Assembly: GCA_012295275.1 (NCBI GenBank)
Contig: CM022673.1
Coordinates: 24,738,001-24,802,000, forward strand
DNA: 64,000 nt
From: Chrysomallon squamiferum
Taxonomy: Eukaryota; Animalia; Mollusca
Direction: 5' to 3'
Part shown: positions 32,442-44,850 of the stretch, piece after piece
Position numbering within the stretch: the first letter of the stretch is position 1
Layout of the letters: the number at the start of each line of letters is the position of its first letter
Translations under genes and position numbers: made by a program
The notes under the pieces: generated by a model
What the model was told of the DNA's origin: nothing
What the model saw: the letters and a program-made list of their open reading frames with translations, nothing else
The model's database searches: none

Positions 32442-32483
<42 letters not shown>
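32442..32483. repeat. (AAT)n microsatellite upstream of CHAF1A
   Basis: Perfect aat run. A poly-A tract of about 50 nt lies nearby at 32242-32292. Confidence 0.92.
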
Positions 32484-32485
<2 letters not shown>

Positions 32486-32514
32486 TTTATATAGTTTTTG
32501 TAATAACAACAATT

Positions 32515-32610
32515 GTAACCAATCGTATAATTTAAAATATTTACTCCGTATAGTGGCGGCAATGTAATTATGTTATCGTGCTTCGCGCCAAATTCGAAGA
32601 TGGCAGCGTA
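32515..32610 (+). promoter_or_regulatory. CHAF1A proximal promoter with CCAAT, E2F, CHR-like and YY1 motifs
   Basis: CCAAT 32519-32523; TTCGCGCCAAA 32582-32592 (TTTGGCGC on the - strand), immediately followed by TTCGAA 32593-32598 and AAGATGGC 32597-32604. Confidence 0.7.
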
Positions 32611-32705
32611 AAGTTAAATGCAAGACATTTTATGTATTTTAGAAAAATAAGACTTTGCTCTTAATTTTTTTCACCATAAACCCGAATGTATAATTTATTG
32701 TGAAA

Positions 32706-35700
32706 ATGGCCAAAGCAGATGATCGTGTCCAACGTAATGTTTTTGGTGAGTTTTTCATCTGTATGCTGTAAAAAAAAAAGAGAAAAAAGTGTAATGGGAA
32801 ATTGACAACAAAGTAAAATAATAATAATAATAAAAAAAAATTAAAAATTAAATCCACAGGCAAGATAATGAAAAGACAAGTTTATCAAACAAATCCTTTG
32901 GAAAGGATGAAATGGTCTAGTCAGTAACATAGTAGGGAAATACATTACTACATTTGTGATCATTTGGTTATTGACAGACGACAATCCATGTAAATTACAT
33001 AATTAGTAAGGTGAAACTACTGTGTAAAGCAACGAATATGTTAATTTCCAGTCGTGGTATCAGTCATAAAAGTAACAGAAGTTGTATATTAAACTGATAT
33101 TTAATGTTATAAAAGTATAATTTAGTATAAACTATAAATATAATATTAGTCACTAACGCGATGGAGTGAAATCGTGAATTTGTTCTGGAATGGTGATTAG
33201 TCTGGAAGATGAGGCTCCAAAATAATTATTATTTTATAACAGAATTTCTTTACAATGGTGGGTAATGAAATATGGTGTTTTTATTTTGTTACTTTCTTAA
33301 TTTTTTTTTTTTTTCTTTTTAATTATTATTATTTTTTATTATTATTATTTTTTTTTTTTTTTCTTTGTATAAATCATTATGATATATATCTATTTTTCAG
33401 GTGAAGTGCAGACTCCTACACCTCCAAAGAAATTGAAGCAAGGTAACCAAATAAATGTTTCTAAATTTTCATTTTGATCAGCATAATGCATTTCTTCAGA
33501 TACTGTACAAACTAAATATCTACATTTTTGTTTTTTTACCACATAATTCATGCAGGAGCGAATAATAATTATTATTATTATTATTATTTTTTTTTTTTTT
33601 ACAGCAAAACTATGGTTTCACACAGTGGATCATGAAATTAAGAACCCAAAGAACTTGGAATCGAGGAAAAGAAAACAATCAGATCTTGAATCGATAAGTG
33701 AAATACCTTCAAAGATCATTAAGTCTGTAATAGTTGATAAAACCAATGCAGAAAATGTTATGCCTAAAATCAGGATGGGCAAGGCAAGCCACAGTTCTGG
33801 CATAGAAGAAAATAAAAAGATTGTAGAGACAAATGATAATGAAGTGAGTTCCACCTCAGAAGCAGACACCTTGATGTCAAGTAAAAAACTAAAAGAAAGA
33901 AATTTGAGTAATCAGGAAGAGATTTCATCTACCTATGAAGTCATTGACTTAACATTTTCTGATGAAGAGAAAGCAGAGGTTGTCTCCACAACAAAGTCAA
34001 ATGTTGCTCTGATTGATTCCCTTACAACAGATGATCTTAATGTAGTTGCCAAAAGAAACTGAGGAAAAGAAAGGTTTGACTTTTTCATCTGAGATACTGG
34101 CAGTTCAGAATGTTACTTTGCTAAATGAAAACAAACTTGTATCTGAAGAACAAGCTAAGAATGGAAATGATATTGAATCTTCTAAAGAGCTCATTAAGAA
34201 TGTAAATGATGTTGAATCTTCTAAAGAGCAAACTAAGGATGTAAATGATGTTGTATGTTCTAAACAGCACACTAAGGATGGAAACAAAATTGAACCTTCT
34301 GAAGAATACACTAAGAATGTAAATGAAACTGAATCTTTCAAAGAGCACACAAATGATGTTGAATCTTCTAAAGAATACGCTAAGAATGTAAATGATGCTG
34401 AATCTTCTAAAGGACGCACAAATGATGTTCAATCTTCTAAAGAGCACATTAAGAATGTAAATGATGCTGAATCTTCTAAAGGATGCACAAATGATGTTCA
34501 ATCTTCTAAAGAGCACATTAAGAACATAAATGATAGTGAATCTTCTAAAGGACACACAAATGATGTTCAATCTTCTAAAGAGCACATTAAGAATGTAAAT
34601 GATACTGAATCTTCAAAAGCGCACACTAAGAATGTAAACAATATTGAGTGTTCCAAAGAGCATATTAAGAATGTAAACGAGGTTGAATGTTCCAAAAAGC
34701 TCATTAAAAGTGGAAATGAAGTTGAATCTTCGAAAAAGCACACAAATGATGTTGAATGTTCCAAAGAACACACCAAGAATGTAAACAATGTTGAATCTTC
34801 TAAAGATCACTCTAAGAATGGAATCAGTATGGACTGTTCTGAAGAACATACTGTAACAGAAACAAAACTAACACATACAGAAGAGCTGGATAAGAATGAA
34901 AATATTCAGCTTTCCAGTGCAGCCACATCTGATCATCCACGTGACAGTTCTGTGATTGCAGCTAATGTTTTAACAAAACAGCCAGACAATAATCAGTCCA
35001 GTGAACTGGACATGTGTTTGAGTATTTCTGAAACTAAAGAAAGTAATGAGGAGCATATAATTAGCCTTGATGATATTTCTGTTAGCAAAACCGAAATCAG
35101 TCAAAATTCAAGCAAAGAGGATGCAGACATGTCTGTTGAGAAAAATTCAGATAGTGAAAATGAAGGTTTGTTATTCATGTACACAACTGCTAAATGAACG
35201 ATGAAATGTGAAATTAATTTTGTTAAATTCTCAAGGATGTAATAACATTTTTGACATATTTTCTCACAAAATGATCCAATTATTTTACACATCTTTTAAA
35301 GGTGATGAAATTGGAGAATGAAAATTACTCTTATTGACTAAATCCAATTTTGAAATGATCTACACACCACTTTATTCATTTGTTTTGTAGTTAAATACAT
35401 TTTCCTAACAAGTTATTCAGATTTAAATTATGAACACAATGCAAAATTAATATGTAAAATGATCTGTAAATAATGTTGAAAATTGCATTCTTAAAAACAT
35501 CAGAAAATAGAACGTTTTGTTGTGAGTATTAATTACTATTTTATTCTTCATTATAAAAACAGACAAACTGAACATATAAATTAGATCTTTTAAAAAAAAA
35601 AAAAAAAAAAATGTGTTTGACATGTTTTGATTTATTGTAGCTGACCTATCTGATATAGAAGTCATGCAAACAAGTTTTCACAATTCTTCAACATCATCTG

Positions 35701-37990
35701 CAAAAAGTGATGAGTCATTCAGTGAGACAACATTCTCATCATCTCTGTCTGACAACAAGGAGAAAACTAAACATATTACCTCAACACCAACAAGTAAAAC
35801 AAAAAGTTCAAAGGTAAATTAATATTTAAAATTTATTTGTGTGTATGTGTTTTGTGTTGATGTTAGTGTCCAAGATAAATACACGCATAAACACACATTC
35901 ATATGATTTTCATATTTATATTATTATACTCATGGATTTAAAATGGATATGAAAGATGATACATTAAAAAAAAAAAAAACCTAAATTTAAGCTGATATTA
36001 CTAAATAAAAGACAGAATGAGAAAGCTATGAAGGATTGTGAATAACGATAATTGTCTTACGATAATTACTTTTACTAGCATTCTTCTTAAAGGCTTTGTT
36101 AGTGGATTTGAAATATCTGAGAAGTTTTGACAAAGCTTTCCACTGTTTGTTAATACTTTTATCAATCCTCTCTGTCAGATGTCTGAATCAAGAAAACAAG
36201 AACGTAAAACAGCCAGTGAGAAAAGAAGAAAAATGCGTGAAACAGAACGACTGGAAAAGATGAAGAAAAAAGAAGCAGAAAAATTACAGAAACAACAAGA
36301 AAGGGTAAAAACAAAATACTACAATCACCTGAAAAATTCAGCAGATGTAAACTGTTTACCTACATAGATCAAAAGTGGAGAAAAAAAGTCAGTACTGAGG
36401 AATTGCTATGATAATACATATTTTATATTTTATCTTAGGAAAATTAGGAATCTTCTATTAGGAAAATATAAATTTAAAAGAAAAACAAATTTGAGTATAA
36501 AATGTTATCAGGAAATCTGTAAAATTTACTTGTGTCATCTGTTAGCACTATCACATTTACAATTATTTTATGAACAGATGAAAAGGGAAAAAGAAAGACT
36601 AGAAAAAAAGGCACAGTTAGAACAACAGAAACAGGAGAAACTACAAGAAAAGATGGAAGAAAAAAGGAGAAAACAAGAATTAATAATGTGACTACAATAC
36701 TTTTTCATTTGATTACTATTTATAATAAATAAAAACATTTTTTTAAAGGATTCTTTGATTCAATCAGAGAGTTTCAAATTAATAATCTGATTATAAGTTA
36801 AATATGAAAACAAGAAAAAGTGCATCTTATTTATTTCTGAGATAAAGCTTTGAGGTGTGATGGCACTAGACAATTGCACCAACAAACAAACAATATATGG
36901 ACACACATACCTAAACTACAAATGTGTCTACTTAACAAATATATAAAAAACTCATGTGCATGTTAAAATAATTAATTCATCCAGTAATGATTTTCATATT
37001 GTCCATGATAATTGTCCATCATAATATTTGTGCAGTTAATTTAGTTTTGCCCAGTGACAATAGCACTTCTATTTCTACCCTGTAAAACATCCATTTATTA
37101 AAATCACTTATTATTAAAAAGTATTTGTATAATTTTAGTGCAAAGATTGAAGAAAGAAAGAAACGTGAAGAAGAAAAGCGGATAAAAGAAGAGGAAAGAA
37201 AGAAAGAAGAAGAGGAAAAGGTATTGTTACTCCAGTAATTGATGGTATTTTACTTTGTTCTTGCACTATCAGTTTTTTTTATGTAGGAACACTTCCTTTT
37301 AAAAATTATATATAAGTTTGTATACATAATGTAAGGAATTGTTTTAATAAACTGAATAATGGAACTTAGTGAAGAAAGCAGTGGGGATAGTAATTTTTTA
37401 TTTCATTAAAATATATAAATTACATCTGTAATAATGTTACTCAAACAATATTCCCTGTAAAAGATCTCACCAGTGATCCAACAGTACATTTTACTAAACA
37501 TTTACTATCTTTCATTCTCCACTTTTTTTTCTTCTTTTTTTTCCCTCATAATTTGCTGTCTCTGGAGTAGTGTGCCTGTGAAATTAATTTAGCTTTGTTT
37601 TTATTACTTTATTTATGTTACTTTTAAAAAAAAGAAATTATCATTTTCGAAAACAACACTTTCATTATACTACATTAACTTGTTTTGTTTCTCAGGTTAA
37701 AAAACGACAGAAGGTCGAACAAGCATTTTCACGTTTTTTCATTAAACCAAAGATGCCGTCACAAAAGGTAAGCCTTTAAATTATTAATACTATATTAATT
37801 ACATAAATTTTATTTCCAACTGTAAGATAAATTTGGATTTTAATTTTAAAGTTACAGTTTTATCCTAACTTTTATATGAAAACAGACATTAATTTAATGT
37901 TAGTGCTTGAGGTTATTAGGTTTGTTTCAGCTATGTTTTCTTATAATTCAGATTACTTACAAGGATCCATTTATTCTGAGTTTATTTTTA

Positions 37991-38036
<46 letters not shown>

Positions 38037-41000
38037 TAATAATTAAATCCTTCAGCCCAAAGAATCAGTTTCCAGTTTCTTCATGCCATTTGAGGTGAAG
38101 AGTGGCATGGTTTTGGCTCCAGTTACTCGCAGGACAGTTACTGATGAACAGCTGCTCTATCTTGATCAGTGTTTACAAATGCAGGTCAGCAGATTTTATT
38201 TTTAATTCTTTTTTAAAAAATTATTATTCATAAATTGTTTACTAATTAAGTGATTATCATCAACGATTTATAATATAAATAAACTTCTGTCATGCACACA
38301 CAATTATTGTTTTGTAATCTCAAACAGTGATAACAATTGTTGTTATGTTTTGTGTTTCAGAAAGCCGATCAACTGTATCTGAGTGAAATAAAGCAGAGTG
38401 GATATAGATTTGGGAAAGCCACCAAAACAGTACTACCGTAAGAAATTACACAGTTTGTTTTTATTAATAAAATCTGATATATTTTCATTTATAAAAAATA
38501 TAATAATAAACAGTACGGAAAACAGATGAAAGAATTAAAACTAAAAAATATTTCCTGTAATTAAAACCAAAACATAACAAAGGAGAAGTAATTAAGAAAA
38601 ATCACCATTACATCCGAGTGCACAGCCAAAACCTTAAACATTTTTTTTTTTTAAATGTAATACATAATTTTATATACATATTTGTAGCATACATTTGACT
38701 TGGGGAAAATCTGCTAATATTAATCTATATTTATGTTTTACAGCAGACCAAGTGATGAAATGGAAATTGTTGAGATTGATCCAGGAATTAGTAGAATTAC
38801 GTACCGTGCAAAATTCCTGTCATTCCACTCCAACTACAGGCCTCCCTACTATGGCACGTGGAGAAAGAAAAGTAAATTTTTAACACCGAGAAATCCTTTC
38901 AAGAAAGATGATGTAAGTAAAAAAGAAAAAACTGTATTTTTGTAATGGTCTAGTGCTAGTTTATGTCATTCATAATTTCTGTAATTGTGTATAATTTTTA
39001 TTTAAACAAAATGTGTCTCAATCTCTTGAAGAGGAAATTTATAGTTTTTGAAAATAGATGTTAAAAATATGTTGTAAAACAGTTTTAACAGAACTTCACT
39101 GTGGTCTTACAAAGATGTTGTTTTCCATTGTAGGAGATGCTTGACTATGAAGTGGACAGTGATGATGAATGGGAAGAAGATGAACCAGGAGAAAGTGTTG
39201 AAAACTCTGAGGTGTGATATTTGTGACTATTCATACATATTCCAAACACTTAATTATGTTTTTGTTTTTTTGTTTTTGAACATTTTTTATTATTTTAATT
39301 TATTACACAAACAGATCAGTAACTAGGGATGATGATAAACTACATGCTTTAATATTGAATTGTTTGACATAAATTACTTGCCAGGTTAAATGTTAGTAAA
39401 TTTACAAACTCTGTATCTTTCTGCATTAGTCACTTAGCAAACACAAATTTGGTGGACTACTTACTTCTAATACAAGAACTTCTATAGACAAATGGTAGGT
39501 TGTCTTGTAAAAAGCTTGCCCAAGGCACAAATATCCATGTTTTGACTGCATATAGCATCAAAAAATAATAATTGTAATAACATTACACTTCCATTTGTTA
39601 TTTTGTTTTTCCATAGGTAACAGATAGTTACTGAAAATGTTTCTGTTTTGTCAGAGTAAGATGGCAGAAATTTCTTTTGTGATTACAGGGTGAAGAAGAG
39701 AAGGATGCAGAAGAGGACGAGGAGGAAGATGATGATGGCTGGATGGTGCCTCACGGCCACTTGTCAGAGGATGAACTGTGTGAAGAAGATGAAGAGGTAA
39801 ACTGTTCAGTAACAGCTGGGTTTCGTAATTCACTTACAACTGTAGTATTTGATACCAGTAGTTTTTTATTTATATTATTTTTGTTTATTTATTTATTTTA
39901 GAAGCCATAGGACTTTGCAGAATGGATAAAAATGTGTTTTATTATTATTTTATATTTATTTATATACACATACATTTCTTTTTCTTCCTTTCTTTCTTTG
40001 TTTGTTTGTCAGAATTAAAATCATTGTGTATTTAAATACTGATCCATTTTCCAGGTTACACCTGAAGTTTTGAAAGCACGACAGATGGCCAAAGCAGAAG
40101 CTTGGGAAGCTGAACTAAAACGAAAGCATCAGCCAGTTGTTCCCATCGTTATTGGCTGTATATGGGAGGCTGACTCAGTATCTGGCAGCAATGTGCAAAA
40201 ACTTGAACAGTTTAAGGTTAGTTCTTTTAAACAAATTTGTCATTTTTGAGGTGTTGTAGAAAATTTCTAATGCAGTATAATTTGTTCTTATTTTTACTTG
40301 TTTTTACCTCTTTTTTCTTTTTCTTTCATTCCTTAACTGTAAAGTGTACCTTTTTAAAAATTGTAATATCTGTATGGTTCAGTGTTATTTATTTTAAAAA
40401 GTGAATGTGGACTAATGAAATTGTTATGATGGAAAGGATAAAACTAACTGACATGCAGATCACTTTCAAATAATAAATGTATTTAGGCCATAATTGTTTT
40501 CACTTATGGTAATACTTCATGTCACAGCAGATCATATGCTCATCCTTGTAATTTCATTAAAATGAAGAAACATTTAATCTGGGATTTGTTTCATTTTATC
40601 ATTAATAAACACTCCTTTTGTTTTGAAGCTAATTGATTGTTGACACTTTATCATATACCTTTCTTTCTTAGGCTGTTTTTCTTGTGTCTGTCATTCCAAT
40701 ATCTTTAGTTAATGAAAATGTTGTGATTAACAAAGACTCTGAATCAGGAACACCAAACAGAGGTGCTTTGAAAAGGCCTGTACCTGAAGAAGGTTTGTGC
40801 TTAAGACAATTACTCTTTTTCTTATTAAATACAATCTCTATCTGTCTTAAAATGTCACGTTATCTATAATGAATAAAACTGTTAATGTAATCAGTCTTTT
40901 TGTAATACTAGCTTGCATGTGTGGGATATTTAAGTAATTATTTATAGAGTATATTTGTTAAAAATAAAATAGTGATCTTCAAAAAAAAATTTTTAAATGC

Positions 41001-41118
41001 CAACAATAACTTGATTTGTCATAAAATTATTTTTGCACTTTTTAATTTTTTTATTTACTCATAAGTTTGTAAACAGTCTGTATGATTATTTAATATAGAT
41101 GTTTAGTCATTTTAATTG

Positions 41119-41149
<31 letters not shown>

Positions 41150-42096
41150 CTCTCCCAGCTATTCCATACTTGATACGTCTGTTACATGGTAATAGCATTG
41201 GTATTAAAAAAATTGTAGAAGAGTTTCAGCTGTTTTGGCAACTGAAAAACAATCCCAAACTTGAGGATATTCCCTCAAAAGAACTTGAAAGTGAAAATGT
41301 AGAAAATAAATCAATTGATGAATCTGTTATGGATGATGGTGATCTAAAGGAAACAGGTGATACTTCAATTTCAAAAAGACAACTAGAGAAGAAAATTATG
41401 GCTATTGCCACGAGAGAGAAAAGACTGGACAAAAAGATTTGTTGGTTTGTGCATGAAAGTGTTCTGCAGCAGTATGGCTGTGAGGATATATCTCTACCAA
41501 ACGTGTGGGAATACGTATCAAATGTTAAGAAATCACTGAAATCCTCAGATGAAACTCAGAAAAATCTTGCATCAGGCTTGTTTGAGGAATCCATGTTGGA
41601 GGAATGTGCACCAGTGGTAGAAAAATCAATTCCTAAAGATCAAAGATCGATTATGGATTTTGCTAAAAAAAATGTATCCATTGTTGTCAAAGATGTTGAA
41701 AAATCAGTTTCATCTGCTTCATCTTCCAGTAGTTTATCAACAACTCTAGTAAAATGTTTTCCAAATGATCAGCGCTCCATTATGGACTTCACTCTGAAAC
41801 AACAGGTTAATGAGAAACCAAGTTCAATGAATACTGATTCACAGCAGCAAGTTTCAGTTCCTGCTTCTTTAGAAGTTCCGAAAGAAGCTCAGAATAAAAT
41901 ACCAAGTATATCAAAATCAGCTCTAGGTGGAATGAATGTTGTCGTTAATGTTAAAAAGGAAGTAATATCTGCGACTGAAGATATAAAAAAAGTTTCTGAT
42001 TGCATATCAAAACCAACCATTTCAGAAACCAAAGAGTGTGAAATGGAGGTAGAAAATTCAACCAGAGAGGACCAAGATTGCATCATAATTGAATAA
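32706..42096 (+). CDS. CHAF1A: Chromatin assembly factor 1 subunit A (p150), 16 exons, about 1328 aa if a 1-nt frameshift at about 34051-34054 is corrected
   Basis: Exons 32706-32745, 33401-33442, 33605-35165, 35641-35813, 36179-36304, 36578-36687, 37139-37220, 37696-37767, 38056-38184, 38361-38437, 38744-38912, 39134-39211, 39689-39796, 40055-40216, 40672-40792, 41159-42096. PIP1 KKLKQAKLWF, SIM EVIDLT, KER coiled coil, QAFSRFF, FMPFEVK, AKFLSFHSNYRPPYYGTWRKKS, LDYEVDSDDEWEE, DDGWMVPHGHLSEDE, and a C-terminal winged-helix region (LIRLLHGN...ISKRQLEKKI...CWFV). Confidence 0.92.
34157..34852 (+). repeat. Coding tandem repeat in CHAF1A exon 3 (39-bp and 30-bp units, about 19 units)
   Basis: Repeated peptides KNVNDxESSKEHT (13 aa) and NDVQSSKEHI (10 aa). 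Confidence 0.93.
37993..38034. repeat. (TTA)n microsatellite
   Basis: Perfect tat run in a CHAF1A intron. Confidence 0.92.
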
Positions 42097-44139
42097 GTTA
42101 AAAACTTGATTCTCATTAAAAAAAAAAAGTTCTTTTCATTACATTATAAAGTAATTGGTATCTTTTGTTTGTTTGTATATTTTTTTATTATTAAAATTCA
42201 TCATGATAAATTTGACTAACTTGTGATAATACCAAATATGCAAAACCTCATTAATTTTTAATTGTTTTTTATATAATATATTCAGATTATAGGACATTTT
42301 ATTTTCCATCCTTTTGAGTTTTTCACATTTTATAAAACAAACAAGTGCCTCTTCGGTATAAAAAAAAAAAAATTTTGTAATGAACTTCACAGTTCAAATA
42401 ATGTAAAGCTAACATGTACAGTAAAATGAACTTAATTATTTTATGTATTACAGAAAAATCATGAATAGTAAATATGTTTAATTATATAACAATCTGATGA
42501 AATTGATTATTTACATTTTTTTACTTATTTTATATCGTTTTTAGGAATATCTAGTTAACCAAAATGTAGATACACCTGTAGCTAAAGTAGTTTATAGTAA
42601 ACATTGAAGGAACTGTATCTGAAAAAAAAATGTTGTTACTATTAAAAAATGGAGAAATAAAATATGATATTCATTATTGTATTTACTGTGAATCTAAATT
42701 TTCAAAAGAAATAAATGATCTTCAGGATTCAAAGAGTGAAGAAAATTTTTATAATTTCATCTAGCCTTTCTGTGTGACATGAAGTTTATCATACAATGTG
42801 GGAGTTAAAACTTTTGTTTGTTTCGTATCACCACTATTCAGCAAGCTTTATTTGAAAGTTGAATGGTTTAATATAGGTGTATAAGATGAAATGTGGTTTG
42901 CAGTGACACTTGTCATGAAAATTATTTCGATTGTTATATATGAGATTTTCAAACAATATTTATTTGACATATTCATCATCTGCAGTGTTTTAACATTGGT
43001 ACAAATGCTCAATTTTTGATTGTAACAGAGTGTTAAATTAAGTTTTATGCTACAAATTAGACTGAATAATATTTTATTGGAATTATTTACCATAAAATAA
43101 ATGTCTATTATGTACATGATTTTTACTTATTTATTTATTTATTTATTATAATTATTTAATTTCCAGTTGTTTAGACTGAATAGCAGATGTTAAAATTATT
43201 AGCTGCATTATAATAGTAATTCGCTTTCAATACTTGATATTAAGTTGGTATTAATCTATAATTAATAAGGTTTTTAAGATGTGGACTAAAGTGTTTTTAG
43301 TCTAATATAGTTTAATTATATTATTTCAAAATTTTGTATTCAGAATTATTACTTCCAAGTGCTACTTTATAAATGATTAAAAAAAACAAAAACAAAAACA
43401 GAAAACAAATTTTGGATTTTGGTTTTTCTTTAGTTAATTATTGTTGCATTTTAAAAAGAAATACAATTTCAAAGTCACGTGAACAATAAATACAAAATTA
43501 TTCAGGAGTAAGTCAAAACTACATTCTAAAAACACTTTTTAAAAAGGTAACAAATTTGGAAATTTTTTAGTTTCATAGGAAAGTTGATTTCTTAGTGGCA
43601 AATATGACACAACTATGGAAATTTTCCTGTAACAATTCCAGTATTATTTAATACATTTCTATTATGGAGTGAGCAGGAATGAAAAAGACTTGAAACATTC
43701 ACACAACTAAAAGGAATTCTAATGATATTATAATAAAAAAAAAAAAAAAAAAGAAGAAGAAGAAGAGGAAATTATAATGAATAAAAAATGAATGAATGAA
43801 TTAATAAAAAAAAAAAAAAAAAAAAAAAATCTATGAGTTAGAATCTATGATTCGTTATCTGTTATCACCATAATCACCTCAATGCAAACATTCAGAATTT
43901 AAATGAATTAAATATTAGTTTAATTATGTATATTTATGGGAAAAAAACGATTACTTTTGCTTTATTAATGAAATTATTAATCATAAAAAAAATATAAAAA
44001 AAAATAGTGTAATACATATAATTCGGCATAGTTGTGTTATAAATTAATGTTTAATGCCGCTTAGCGGAGTTATCACAACTTACCTTAAAATAAAAACAAA
44101 TTATAATGTTCTTGTAACTGGTGGAAATGTATGTGAAAG

Positions 44140-44850
44140 AAATGTGAATGACGTCACAATAGATACTAATAGACGGATGTCAAGATGCAGCAAAACGTCA
44201 TTTGAATTTATGTTTTCAGTAACTTCTGTTAATCACTTCAAAATGTGAATTGTAGCGATATAAAATAAAACTGAAGATTCATGTTTAGGCCATTTTTATT
44301 GTGTGTTTCGAGTTTCGTGACGTTTTTTTTTATTATTATTATTATTTAATCATTATTTTATTTATTATTATTTTTAACTAAATCCATCCCTCCTCTGTTA
44401 GAAGTAAGATATTGTTAACACGCAGAACATATACATATATGTATATATAGGCCTACGCCTTTATATGAATTTTCTCCAATTATAAAATAAAATTCTTTCC
44501 AAAAATTAACTCTCTCTCTCTCTCCATTTATATATGGTCATTTCAAATTTCCTTGTTCTTTAAAAATTAAAACTACAATGCATCTAAGCTGTTCTCTAAT
44601 AAGTTTTATCATTTTATCACTTATTAAAAAGTGAAATGCATATATAATAATATTTAATTAATTTTTAATTTCTGTACGGGCAACATAATGACCTCAATTC
44701 AAATATTAGAAAAGAATTAGGAAAAATTCAACTTTTTATATAAATGTTTAGTCGTAATGAAATTAATTGTTCGTACATTTGCAAAAGGCACTCCGGAATT
44801 TATCACAGAAAACAATACTTCCGCTGTCAATTTCCGGTTGAAATGGCCAT
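44140..44850 (+). promoter_or_regulatory. PINX1 promoter motifs (CRE, ETS/GABP-like, YY1-like)
   Basis: TGACGTCA 44149-44156; CCGGAA about 44793; ACTTCCG 44817; TTTCCGG 44831; AAATGGCC overlapping the ATG. Confidence 0.45.

Noticed and set aside
32184-32486. Poly-Lys, poly-Phe and poly-Leu ORFs
   Set aside because: They arise from the poly-A tract and the (AAT)n microsatellite.
34105-34849. Antisense ORFs over the CHAF1A repeat
   Set aside because: They are mirror products of a stop-poor coding tandem repeat, with no splice or homology support.
39325-39400. ATGATGA box C-like motif in a CHAF1A intron
   Set aside because: No box D CTGA at a suitable distance and no terminal stem.
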